Of a stretch of 64,000 bases of DNA, positions 1 to 11,582 are shown one piece after another (position 1 is the stretch's first letter; the number at the start of each line of letters is the position of its first letter). The notes under the pieces are model-generated. The model was not told where the DNA came from. It saw only the letters and a list, made by a program, of their open reading frames with translations, and made no database searches. Origin of the DNA: Okamejei kenojei. Lineage: Eukaryota. A program made the position numbers and the translations under genes. The DNA lies in NCBI GenBank assembly GCA_035221665.1, contig CM069151.1, positions 40,238,001 to 40,302,000 on the forward strand. The letters run 5' to 3'.

Positions 1-249
1 GCTCGGCATTTACTCATCTGCAAAACACAAGTGTCCCAAAGATAATGAAGCAGAGCGTCGGTACATCTGAGTTCTCTCCAATAAATCTAACCTGACACTT
101 ACTGGGGGCACCTGTGGTGTGAGAAGGCAGCTTCCCACCCTCAAGAGCATCTTGGGATGATAATAAATATGATAAACATCAGCCTTGCTGCTGCCAATCT
201 GAACCCAACAATCGATGAGCTTTCCCCTGCTGAATAGCTCTCTATCGTC

Positions 250-500
250 TGTTTACTTTGGAGGTACAGTGTGGAAACAGGTCCTTCAGCCCATTGAGCC
301 TACATTAATTTCACCAAAACCAATTAACCTACAAACCTGCAGGTCTTTGGAATGAAGGGGGAAATAGGAGCACCCAGAGAAAAACCACGCTTCACAGGGA
401 GAATGTACAAACTCCCTTCAGACAGCACCCGTAGTCAGGATCTAACCTGGGTCCCTGGCACTGTAAGGCAGGAAACCTACTGCTGCACCAGTGTGCTGCT
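250..500 (-). mobile_element. HE1/V-type tRNA-derived SINE
   Basis: Reverse complement of a SINE body: B-box-like gacccaggttagatcctgac, V-domain-like ggagtttgtacattctccctgtg, and CR1-type 3' end gggctgaaggacctgtttcc. Boundaries approximate. Confidence 0.75.
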
Positions 501-509
501 GTTGTTAAG

Positions 510-1186
510 GATTGAAAGTAAGCATGCAGGTACAGCAGGCAGTGAAGAAAGCAAATGGCATGTTGGCCTTCATAACAAGAGGAGTTGAGTACAGGAGCAA
601 ATAGGTCCTTCTGCACTTGTGCAAGCCCTAGTGAGACCACACCTGGAATATTGTGTGCTAAATTTGAGGAAGGACATTCATGTTATTGAGGGTGTGCAGC
701 GTAGGTTCGCAAGGTTAATTCCCGGGATGGCGGGGACTGTCGTATGCTAAGAGAATGGAGCGGCTGGGCCTGTATACTTTGGAGTTTAGAAGGATGAGAG
801 GGAATCTTATTGAAACATATAAGATTATTAAGGGTTTTGACATGCTAGAGGCAGGAAACATGTTCCCCGATGTTGGGGGAGTCCAGAGCCAAGGGGCCAC
901 AGTTTGAGAATAAGGGATAAGCCATTTAGAACAGAGATGAGGAAACACTTTTTCACACAGAGTTGTGAGTCTGTGGAATGCCTCAGAGGGCAATGGAGGC
1001 CGGTTCTCTAGATACTTTCAAGAGAGAGCTAGATAGGGATCTTAAAGATTGCGGAGTCAGGGGATATGGGGAGAAAGCCGGATCGGGCTACTGATTGTGG
1101 ATGATCAGCCATGATCACATTGAATGGCGGTGCTGGCTCGAAGGGTCGAATGGCCTACTCCTGCACCTATTGTCTAATGTCTATTG
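510..1186 (+). mobile_element. CR1/HER1-type LINE, 5'-truncated (end of ORF2 plus 3' UTR)
   Basis: Encodes a degraded [10 protein letters not shown] motif. Its 3' UTR (gatcagccatgatcacattgaatggcggtgctggctcgaaggg) is shared with many other copies in the window. Confidence 0.9.
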
Positions 1187-1254
1187 ACTTTGCGTTTTCC
1201 TTTTCACACTTGCCAGCCATCTCCTGGTACTTTGCTGAAATGATCAATGTGTAG

Positions 1255-1490
1255 AATCATACAACATGAAAACAGACTCTTTAGCTCATTAAGTCCATGT
1301 TGATCATCAAACACCCATTTACGCTTACCCCATTTTAGTCTCCATATGTTCTCATCAACTTCCACCGGATGGTACTGACACCACTACATTCACAAATGAG
1401 GGGCAATTTACAGTGACCAATTAACCTACCAAACCACATGTTGGAAGAAGCCCATGTGGTCGCAGAGGCAACTGATATGGTTGAGCCTGG
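1255..1490 (-). mobile_element. Degraded HE1/V-type SINE
   Basis: gggcaatttacagtgaccaattaacctacc and the tail motif match the other SINE copies. Confidence 0.55.
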
Positions 1491-1494
1491 ATGA

Positions 1495-1800
1495 ATAGCA
1501 CAGCACAGGAACAGAGCCTTCACCCCACAATGCCTGCGCTGGACATGTTGCCGAGATTATTTCAACTTCTCTGCCTGCATATGATCCATATCCCTCCATT
1601 CCCTGCATACCCATATGTCTATCCAAAAGCCTCTGAAATGCTACTATCATACCTGCCCCCACCACCACCCCTACTGGCAACGTGAGTTCCAGCACCCACC
1701 ACCATCTGTTTAAGAAAAAAACTTGCCCTGCACATCCCCTTTAAACTTTGCCCCTCTCACTATCAAACTATGTCCTCTAGTCTTTGACATTTCCACCCTG
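1495..1800 (-). mobile_element. CR1-type LINE 3' end (second subfamily)
   Basis: Reverse strand reads like FQRLLDRHM..GMEGYG, followed by a gaaggctctgttcctgtgctg terminus. Confidence 0.75.
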
Positions 1801-2730
1801 CTATCGGCAGGTAAGGGTTGTTGCAGAGAAGGAGGTAGATGGTCCCAAGCATTAAGACGAAAGGAGAAGTTCAGTAACAGGTCTATCGTGGCTTAAAGCC
1901 TGACGAATATCCTACTGTCAGTTCGCTATCTGTGGGAAGGTTGGAGCCCTGCCAAGCACATGGTCTGAGGTAGGGGATGGGGTCAGGTTGACCTGAAGCA
2001 GGTGTGGTCGAGAGGAGCCAAAGCTAGAGTGGTGCTCTGTGAGACCCTGACCCACTCTCTGCTCATTCTGTGGCAATGCGCCCAGATAGACTCAACATCT
2101 CTGAGCGAGGACCAAATAAGAGCATTGGTCCCCTGACATGGCCAATAAGGCTCAGTGAGTGGGTGTGGACTAGAAGAGAAATTTGATGCCGTTAATGTTC
2201 GGCCAGAGTCTAGGTAGATAAGCTTGCGCTAATTAAACAGAAAGCTAATTTACACCAAGGTGTAACACAAACCATGTGTTTTCAATGACTTTGGATGCTC
2301 TCGTGTTTCACTGTCTGGTTGTGTTACTCCCTGCTAACTGCCTTCCATTTGGTTGCAATGCCTTGCATTTTCCACCAGGGATACAGCCGATGGATGGAGC
2401 CAGTGATGAGGAACTGGAAGTTTATCAGCTGGAAATTCTCACTTCAACTCTTCCTATCGCAATGCACCCCGTTGAGGCCTAGGGTGAGAACTTTGGTTCC
2501 CTCTCAGCAGAAACAGAGGGGATTATTGAAATAGCCAAACCTTTCACCCATGAGGAATGGTTGAGGATGTTGCTCCAAGATAATGAAGCAACGTCCACTG
2601 TTACACGGAGACCATGACTATTGGCACTGGCTGCCACTTTCCTCATGTGGATGGTGAGATTCTCATTTGTGCTGTGTTTTGGATCCTAATGTGCAGGGTG
2701 TGATTTGGATGCAGCTGCTGGAAATATTAA

Positions 2731-2913
2731 AGAAGGAACTGCAGATGCTGGAGAATCGAGGGTTACACAAAAAGCTGGAGAAACTCAAATGGTGCAGCAG
2801 CATCTAAGGAGCGAAGGAGATAGGCGACGTTTTGGGACCCGAAACGTCGCCTATCTCCTTCGCTCCTTAGAAGCTGCTGCACCCGCTGAGTTTCTCCAGC
2901 TTTTTGTGTAACC
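2731..2913. mobile_element. Palindromic Penelope-type short element with 16-bp TSD
   Basis: Inverted arms of about 75 bp span 2760-2914. Direct repeat ctgctggaaatattaa at 2715-2730 and 2914-2929. Confidence 0.85.
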
Positions 2914-3429
2914 CTGCTGGAAATATTAACCTGAGTAACCAACATTGTGGTCAAATGAGGAAGAAATTATTGTATGAGGAAGTGCCAAAAGCTTAGGACA
3001 GGTTACAGGACGAGTTGAGAGGATGTGTCAACTGGGAACAGGAATTACGAATGCTTTGTGGGAAAATGGGGTGAAGGGACGCACCTTTGAACCTGATGTT
3101 AAAATGATAAAAATGGAATGATAAAAATGGTGATCAACAAATTCCAGTGAATTTAAATGGAGCAGTATAGGAGACTAGGCTTGGCATGGAGGCAAGGCAG
3201 GGAATTATAACTGTGTTACTGTTGTGAAACAAGATTGGAGGCAACCGGTTTTATGGAAATTAAGATCCCACAAACAACAGTGGGATACTTACCAATGAAT
3301 CCGACTTTACTTGAGGTGTAAATCTTGACCTGGCCGCTGGGAGAAGTCAATCTGCTCTTCAAAGTGCTGGCATGGAACATCTATGTCAACAAGAGGTCAG
3401 AGGTGATCTGTTAGATATTTTTGAGAGGT

Positions 3430-3945
3430 AAGCAGAAGGACTTAGGAGAGCAAGATGGTGGATATTGTCTCCATGGACTTCAGCAAGGCCTTTAACAAGG
3501 TCCCACCTGGTAGGCTGCCTTGAAATGTTAGATCCCATGGGATCCATGGAGAACTAGCTAATTGGATACGTAATTGGTTTGCTGCTAGGAAGCAGAGGTT
3601 CCTCGAAGTAGTGGAAGGTTGTTTTTTGGATTGGTGCCCTATGTTTCAGAGGTGATGAGCCTATCGTTGTTTGTTTTTTATATTAAATGATTTAGATGAG
3701 AATGGTTAGTAACTTTGCTCGAGGGATCAGGGAGTATGGAGAGAAGGCAGGTACAGGATACTGAGTTGGATGATCAGCCATGATCATATTGAATGGCGGT
3801 GCAGGCTCGAACGGCCGAATGGCCTGCTCCTGCACCTAATTTCTATGTTTCTATGTAACACTGGCAAATGAGACTAGCTTATTTAAGCATGTTGATGGGC
3901 ATGGACGTGTTGGACTGAAGAGGCTGTTTTTTAATGACTCTTTGA
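3430..3945 (+). mobile_element. CR1-type LINE RT fragment plus two 3'-end fragments
   Basis: MDFSKAFNKVP-like RT motif at about 3473. 3' UTR with a ttctatgtttctatg tail ending about 3856. Confidence 0.8.
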
Positions 3946-4619
3946 TTATTAGCATGTTAATGAACGATGGTACCTACATCAATTCACCTGGTTTAATTTA
4001 ACTGTAACTGCCTACATGAGGAGAGATATCTCAACACCATCTCCTACAATTTCCCACCACAGGGCTGATCATTAATCAATGCTTGTTCTTTATCACTGGG
4101 ATTGCTGAGAACAACACTAGAGACCTTCATGTCCTCAAAGAGTTGAGTGGTTCAAACCCAAGGATTCCCATTGGGTGTGAGAGAAGGACATTGAGCTTGT
4201 TCCATCACTAAGTTACAGAGTGACATTGGTACAGGTTTGAAGCCCATAGTAAGATTGGTTTAGAAGTTGGGTAACAGTGAGGTTGATGCATTACTTGGGA
4301 CAGAGTGAAGGAGATTGCAAGAGTTGGGGAGCAGTGAGGTTGGCACAGTGGGTCGGGCACAACATATATAGGAGGAGCAGGACATGATAGCAGCTCGACT
4401 GCCTGGCCAGGAGTTGGCGTCATGAACAGGGGCCCATGCTACAACACACGATACATCGCAAGAGGCAACCAAGAACGTACCACTAGTGGAGGCAGAATGG
4501 TTTAGGATCTTAATGTAGGCCAACTTCATCCACACCCATCAAGGGAAAGGCTGAAGATGTGGTGATTGGCACAAGGAGATAGTAAAGGGTAAAGAGGAGG
4601 AGAAATCTGATTATCTGAG

Positions 4620-4825
4620 ACACAAAATGCTGGAGAAACACAGCGGGACAGGCAATTTCTCTGGAGAGAAGGAATGGGTGACGTTTCGGGTAGAGACCCT
4701 TCTTCAGGTCTCGATCTGAAACGTCACCCATTCTCCGGAGACGCTGCCTGTCCCGCTGAGTTACTCCATCATTTTGTGTCTATCTTCGATTTAAACCAGC
4801 ATCTGCAGTTCTTTCCTACACATTT
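4620..4825. mobile_element. Palindromic Penelope-type short element with hammerhead-like core and 12-bp TSD
   Basis: TSD tgattatctgag at 4608-4619 and 4826-4837. Minus-strand CTGAAGAAGGGTCTCTACCCGAAACGTC at 4680-4707. Confidence 0.85.
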
Positions 4826-5349
4826 TGATTATCTGAGTCGGGGATTCGATGCCACAGCAAACAATCTGAGAAATACTCTGAGCACAAATGTGATGGTTGA
4901 ATACACGGTTAGGAATATGATCCCTTGTCCCTCTGGCCCACTGTCATTGGCTGTAATCATCTCTCCCAGCAGTTCTGAATGACATTGTGGGCTTTTGAGC
5001 TGATATTACTTCACAGCATTGATGACATCATCAGGCCACTCAAGTGGAAAATGGGGCCTCTATAGGCTAGCGGCAGATGAAGTGTATTAAATTGTTAGGA
5101 GGATGTATCACAAACCCCACGGGCTGATGTGCAGATTCGTATTTTAATATTCTCCTTCACATCCGGTTACAATCCAGATTTCTGTATCGGGGTCTCTGTG
5201 TCTGTGCGTTTTGAGCGTATTTCAGTCATTCTTGATTCCAAGGGACTGTGGAAAAAGGACAAGATACTTGTGTTTGTACAAATGCACATGTGAGCGTGTG
5301 CGAGCAAGCACACTTATCTTTATCTTTATGAATATGTATGTTCATAAGT

Positions 5350-5448
5350 GAAGATAGACACAAAGTGCTGGAGTAACTCAGTGGGTCAAGCAGAATCTTT
5401 GGAGAAAAGGATGGGCAACATTTTGGTTCGGGACCCTTCTTCAGACCC
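5350..5448 (-). mobile_element. Penelope-type short element, single arm, 11-bp TSD
   Basis: TSD tgttcataagt at 5339-5349 and 5449-5459. Degenerate CTGAAGAAGGG core on the minus strand. Confidence 0.8.
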
Positions 5449-5689
5449 TGTTCATAAGTATACTTCCAAAGTCAAAGTCAAAAGTCAAAGTCATTTTATT
5501 ATCACATACACCCGAAGGTGCAGTGAAATGAATTTGCCAGCAGGGATACAATTAAAAAGAACACACAATACACAATTCTTCATTGTGGTGGAAGGCACAA
5601 AGTTCCCTGCCCATGTCTATGTATTTACAAATATTGATGTGACTGTCTGCCTTTTTAATGTGCACGGCAGCCTGGTAACTCTGCCTGTA

Positions 5690-6060
5690 TTGGTGGCACA
5701 GATTGTGACTGCTTGGGGACAAGGTCTTTGAAGATCCGGACCTCAAATGCAGCACAAAGCCCATGCACTACCGGGAAACAGGGACTGATTCTTTAAAGCC
5801 CTCTGTAATGTGCCACCACGGAGTACAGATGGAATTCGGGATTCTCTCCCGTATCCCTGCAGGAACCAACCTTGCACTCTGCAAGCTGCATCCCCCTGCA
5901 GCTGCCCTGATAGGCGGGCAGTCGGTTTAGTCGCGCCGAGAGATGGGCTGGCGTTATCATGAAATCTGATCTACTTTCCCTCTGTTACGAGAACAGGCAG
6001 ACTCAGCAAACAGGCATATGGAAACAAAGGAGTTTGGAAGGCTGGCTCCAATTACAGGGC
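5690..6060 (+). mobile_element. Possible highly degraded RTE-type LINE fragment
   Basis: A KVFEDPDLKCSTKPM stretch resembles the RTE ORF2 post-RT region. Heavily frameshifted. Confidence 0.4.
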
Positions 6061-6584
6061 CCAATTTACAAGATGTCAGTGACCCACCCACCCATGAAAT
6101 TACTGTTCCATATTTTATTAGCCTCCGCTCATCTCCAGTAGCATACGAGGTTGCTTTTAAAAAAGATCACAATAAAACAGAGTACACTAGCTCTTGTGCA
6201 TAGAAAACTCGTCAGTGTGCACGTTCCTCTTGCAAGTGCCCAGCTCTCCATCATTTTCATCTCACAACGTCCGGGTGCACAGAAATCACTACAACTAATG
6301 TATTGGAAATCACCAAATCACTTTCCTTGGTCCCCATGCATCCTCGTTTCCTTGATTCCACATGCTCATATTCCTCTAAACCTTTCCTATCCATGTACCA
6401 GTCCAAATGCTTGGGTTTGCACCAGAGCAAGTGAATTGATTACATGAATTTCACATCTACTGTGATCATATTTTACATTATGTTAAAGCATTGCTGCTCA
6501 ATTATCTTTCCTCCAATGAGAACATCTATTTTCCCCATCCTAACCTGATTGTTGAGAAAATGCTCCTCTGAATCGTTTTAGCCC

Positions 6585-7500
6585 TTTCCAAGAGAGAGTG
6601 GTCAAAAATATGTATATAGTCATGAGGGGAATAAATAAGTTGAATCCGCAGTCTTTTACCCAGAGTAGGGGGATCAGGAACAAAAAGACACAGGTTTAAT
6701 GTGAAATATAGAAGCATATAAAATAGGTGCAGGAGAAGGTCATTTGGCCCTTCGAGCCATTCAATATGATCATGACTGATCATCCAAAATCAGAACCTCA
6801 TTCCGGCTTTTTCCCCTTATACCTTGATTCCCTTCGCCCTAAGAGCTAATTCAAAAAACATCCAGTGAATTGGCCTCCAGTGCCTTATGTGGCAGAGAGG
6901 TCATCTCAGTCCTGAATACCTACCCTTATCTTAAACTGTGACACTCCCCCACATCGGGAACAATTTTCCTGCATCTAGCCTGTCCAGAATTTTATATGTT
7001 TCTATAAGATTCCCTCTCCTACTACCCAGTCGGTCCATTCTTTTGGGAATTAATCTGGTGAACCTAAAATAGCAATAATGTCCTTACTCAAATTAGCCAA
7101 AATTGCACATGACCAGGGCCCCGTGCAACTGCAGTAGGTCCTCCTTGCACCTGAACTCAAATCCTCTCGCAATGAAGGCCAACATGCCATTGGCTTTCTT
7201 CACCGACTGCTGTACCTGCATGCTTACTTTCAGTGACTGATGTACAAGGGAGAGATTTAATAGGAACCTGAGGAGCAACATTTACACTCAGAGAGTGTAT
7301 GGAACAAGTTGCCAAAGGAGGTAGTTGAGGCAGGTACTGTAACAACATTTAAAACACATCTGGACAGCTACATGGATAGGAAAGGTTTAGAGAGATATGT
7401 GCCACACGTGGGCAGGTGGGACTGGCACAGGTTTGAGAATCTTGGTTGGCATGTGCGAGTCAGGCCGAAGGGCTTGTTTCCACGCTGTACGACTAGATGA
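6585..7500. mobile_element. Nested CR1-type LINEs: + strand copy interrupted by a - strand copy (about 6709-7245)
   Basis: The + copy breaks after aggtttaatgtg and resumes at ggggagagatttaataggaacc. The intervening sequence is the reverse complement of the common CR1 3' region. Confidence 0.85.
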
Positions 7501-8559
7501 ATCTGATACCCAGTGCTCCAAAGGTAGACTTGGCCATTGGTCACAGAAAGGTCTGACGACTGGAAATCAGTAACACGGTAGTTGGCAGAAATCTGGAGAA
7601 GCATCTTTGTCTAAAACAGTACTTTCAGTCTTTCAATCCCTTTTGGATTAATTTTTTGACTGATTACGATCACTTCTCTTTCTTTTGAACTCCAGTGAAT
7701 ATAAGCCAAGCTTCTTCGATCGACCTTCCATGGAGAAGCTTCTGGAGGTCAATTCAAGAGCAGCTAGTTCGATGAGGATCCTGTATAGGATCAGCCGTGG
7801 GGAAGGATGACTCTTGTCAGATTCAATTAACTAAAATCAAGGCTGTTTCAAAGGGTTTTGCCGACTTGGTTGGATGCAGTGTGAAGCTGGCTTGATGAAA
7901 GTGTCATATTTGCTCAGGTCTTACTAACGGATGCAGAATTATAAGGTCACTTTGCCTCTGCTTTTGCTGAATATATACCTGTGTAAATTCCCACCAAATG
8001 CAGTCAATGCAGTGGTGATTAAGCTTTTTAAAAAGAGCCAGAGATAGGAAAAAGAGAAAGTATAATTTGATGAGCTGTGCCTGGTGTCACTTATATCTTA
8101 GATCTCCACACCTTAAAAAATGAATACCAATAAATGTAATCAATTTCAAACAAAATAGTTCTTGTTGTACTTGGACCATAAAGTTAACTTCTGTGGGCCA
8201 AGTTACAAGCAGAGCACCCTCAGGAAAAGAGAATGGAGGGAGGTGGCAGAGGTCTGAGATTTCCATACCTAACGTGACTGGATCCATCCCTCTCCATGGC
8301 TGGTCACACATGGGATCCTCATCGAGTTGCTATGAACAGTCGGAAGCCCAACTATATCTTTTGTCAGGCACGAGATCTGAGGAATACGGGAAACAAGCTG
8401 AAAGTTGGTATGGAACCAGGAATATTTAGGTGTTGTTATTTTAGAAAGTAGGTTGTGGAGTTATGGACCAGGTTGTTGTTGGGATCTGTAATACTAGAAT
8501 TGGACTCTATACTCTTCGGAAAGAGAAAAGAGGGATGCACCACGGCACAGCTGCTTTTG

Positions 8560-9212
8560 TCAGGATTTGAGTTTTTATTAAGGATTTGAGTACAAGAGCA
8601 GGGAGGTTCTACTGCAGTTGTACAGGGTCTTGGTGAGGCCACACCTGGAGTATTGCGTACAGGTTTTGGTCTCCTAATCTGAGGAAAGACATTCTTGCCA
8701 TAGAGGGAGTACAGAGAAGGTTCACCAGACTGATTCCTGGGATGGCAGGACTTCCATATGAAGAAAGACTGGATAGACTCGGCTTGTACTCGCTGGAATT
8801 TAGAAGATTAAGGGGGGGATCTCATAGAGACTTACAAAATTCTTAAGGGGTTGGACAGGCTAGATGCAGGAAGATTGTTCCCGATGTTGGGGAAGTCCAG
8901 GACAAGGGGTCACAGTTTAAGGATAAGGGGGAAGTCTTTTAGGACCGAGAGGAGAAAATCATTTTTCACACAGAGAGTGGTGAATCTGTGGAATTCTCTG
9001 CCACAGAAGGTAGTTGAGGCCAGTTCGTTGGCTATATTTAAGAGGGAGTTAGATGTGGCCCTTATGGGTAAAGGGATCGGGGGTATGGAGAGAAGGCAGG
9101 TACAGGATACTGAGTTGGATGATCAGCCATGATCATATTGAATGGCGGTGCAGGCTTGAAGGGCCAAATGGCCTGCTCCTGCACCTATTTTCTATGTTTC
9201 TATGTTTCTATG
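8560..9212 (+). mobile_element. Young CR1/HER1-type LINE 3' portion
   Basis: ORF 8851-9132 (LDAGRLFPMLGKSRTRGHSLRIRG..FFTQRVVNLWNSLP) and a (tttctatg)n tail. Near-identical to 14205-14830 and 57408-57820. Confidence 0.92.
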
Positions 9213-9475
9213 TTACAGCACCAGAGACCTGGGTTCAATCCTGACTAAGGGTGCTTTCTGTACGGAATTTGTACATTCTCTGAGACAGCGTGTTTTCTCC
9301 GGGTACTCCAGTTTTCTCCCACATTCCCAAGATGTGCAGATTTGTAGGTTATTTGGCTTCCGTACAAATTGTCCCTAATGTGTAGGATAGAACTATTGTA
9401 CGGGTGAACGTTGGTCGCGGCATATTGGTTGGGCTGAAGGGCCTGTTTCCACGTTGTATCTCTAAACCACACTAA
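9213..9475 (+). mobile_element. HE1/V-type SINE, probably split by the upstream LINE
   Basis: B-box gacctgggttcaatcctgac, V-domain and gggctgaagggcctgtttcc tail. The putative 5' head remnant cacggcacagctg lies at about 8540, before the LINE. Confidence 0.8.
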
Positions 9476-10549
9476 AAGTATAGAAAGTAACTGTTTCCTG
9501 AAAGATAAGGAAACTGAATGGTAGAGGATTCGGTTGGGGAAGGGTGAGGATGCTGCTACGAATATTATGGATAGCTATTATCTCCTGTTTCAATATTGAT
9601 TCATTGCAAGTTCATGGGAATATCATTTTGTCTAGGACTTCTTGCTGACCAGCCACATCGTCTACCTCCTGCCATCACCCTCCTCCCGTTTCCCCCAGAA
9701 ACATTGAAACAAAATGGTTGGACACATTTGCATTAAGAAAATGTCTGTGCAGTCTTTTATGGAATATCAACGCATGAATATTCCTGAAATTGGCTGTGTA
9801 ATGAAGATGTAAAGGCACCACAGTTCAGTAGGAAGGAAAGGGTAAGTGGGTCAAAAACGCCCTTTTTATATATAAATTGTTTTCTTGCTCCTACTAGATT
9901 CGGCCCCGAGCCATTTGGATGTTAGTTGCCTGCAATTCCAGGGTTCGTCAGCTTCTGATAAACCATGGGACTACTTGCCGTGACTGTGCCAGCAGTGACA
10001 CGGGGGTAAGCAACAAAAACCTTTGTGCTGGTGAACTCATTGACTGTGGATGGGACAAAGGTACGTTCTGTGGGGCCGGAAGGTTTAACAGGGAAATGTG
10101 TGGTTCGATGGGGGTGTTTGTCATTGCCAAAGGATGAACAAAAAAGGTCTAAAACCTTTCACATGGTTATTGAATGGACACCTGGCGATCTGAGCAAGTG
10201 GAATGGCATGTGTTTCAAAGCTTATCTCTAGCTGATTATCAAGCCCTCAAAATTATTCAGCAGCGGGATCTATTTTCATTATTAATGTATGAAGTTCAGA
10301 TTAAAAAGGGAATGCTATAGCCTTGAATCATGCTGAATGACACTACATTCTACCCACTTCATTTTCTTATAAACCAACCCCAGCTAGAGTTGCAATATCA
10401 GGTTATCATGTCTGGCATTAGGAAAATAGCACGTATCTATCTACTTGCAATGCCACTAAATAAATCACGATGGTAAAAAGTCATCAAGGTGAGAATATTG
10501 TCTTTTATAATTGAATCCTTTCAATTTCAGGCATCGTGCCTGTATCAGA

Positions 10550-10700
10550 TACTCCCCCAGGTCAGTTACAGCAAGGGTTAGATGAAGGTAAAGATCTCTC
10601 GTCAATGTCTCATCACTCTGAGGTCAAGTCTATCGTGGGTTAGAAACAGAGGAAAGATTCCTCCTCACTGCTCCATCAAAACTGGCAGGAACAGTGCAGA
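10550..10700. repeat. Diverged tandem repeat, unit about 64 bp, about 2.3 copies
   Basis: The pattern aggtca..gggttaga..aaagat..catca recurs at about 63-65-bp spacing. Confidence 0.55.
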
Positions 10701-10913
10701 TCATTTACAGGACCTTTAGGGATCGAAGCATTGGGGTTAAAATACTGAATTGTTAATCTATAGGTGTGGACTAATAATCAGCAGCCATGAGTTCAATTCC
10801 TGCTGTAGAAGAGTTATAAAAAAATGCATATTTGTTTAAAAAATATCAGCACTAATTGCAATGAGATGACTAGAATGACTAAAAGCGTACAATCAACAAA
10901 TCTACAAACCTTG

Positions 10914-11056
10914 TGTAGAAAAGAAACTGCAGATGCTGGTATATACCAAAGATAGACACAAAATAGTCTGATGAAAGGTCTCGACCCAAAACGTCACCCA
11001 TCCTCTTTCTCCAGAGATGCTGCCCGGCCTGCTGAGTTACTCCAGCATTTTGTGTC
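10914..11056. mobile_element. Penelope-type short element with inverted segment
   Basis: TSD aatct(a/g)caaaccttg at 10899-10913 and 11057-11071. Core CTGATGAAAGGTCTCGACCCAAAACGTC at 10968-10995. Confidence 0.8.
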
Positions 11057-11524
11057 AATCTGCAAACCTTGACTGCTTTGGCCTGTTGCCACCCTTCCAT
11101 CTGCAATAGTCCTGTTAGCTACCCAGTTGCATGAATCCACACTATGACAAAAGAAGAGCCAAAATGTGTCATCCAAAATCAGCCTCAGTCACAGCAAAAG
11201 TATGCCTGACCTTCAGCACCTTTCAGTGCTCTTCGCACTTTATACCATGGGACATCCCACAGAGTAGCAACCCGAGTAACCTGACATGGATAAACTCCGC
11301 AGAAGCTCCCCAAGTTGGTCATCCCTTCTTCTCTTACAGAATCACGGCATAATGCTAAGTTCCATTATCACTATCACCAACAGCACCCTGGCCCACCAGC
11401 AAGGCAGACCCATCGGAGGTATCAAGAGGTGTCAAGAGGACCTGAGAGTCATCCCCAACACCAACTCTTGAACCAAAAATGTTGGAAATCTTGGAAGCAT
11501 CGCTGGACAGAAAACAGTCTGATC

Positions 11525-11582
11525 GTCACGTTCCTATGGGAGTTGCTGTACACAAATTAATTGCCACATTTCCTACATTATA
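11525..11582 (+). mobile_element. Possible Deu-domain SINE remnant (SacSINE1/AmnSINE1-like)
   Basis: gggagttgctgtacacaaattaattgccacatttcctacatta resembles the Deu-domain consensus as I recall it. Confidence 0.45.

Noticed and set aside
2960-3360. Faint resemblance to the CR1 ORF1 esterase region
   Set aside because: Too degraded to support by eye.
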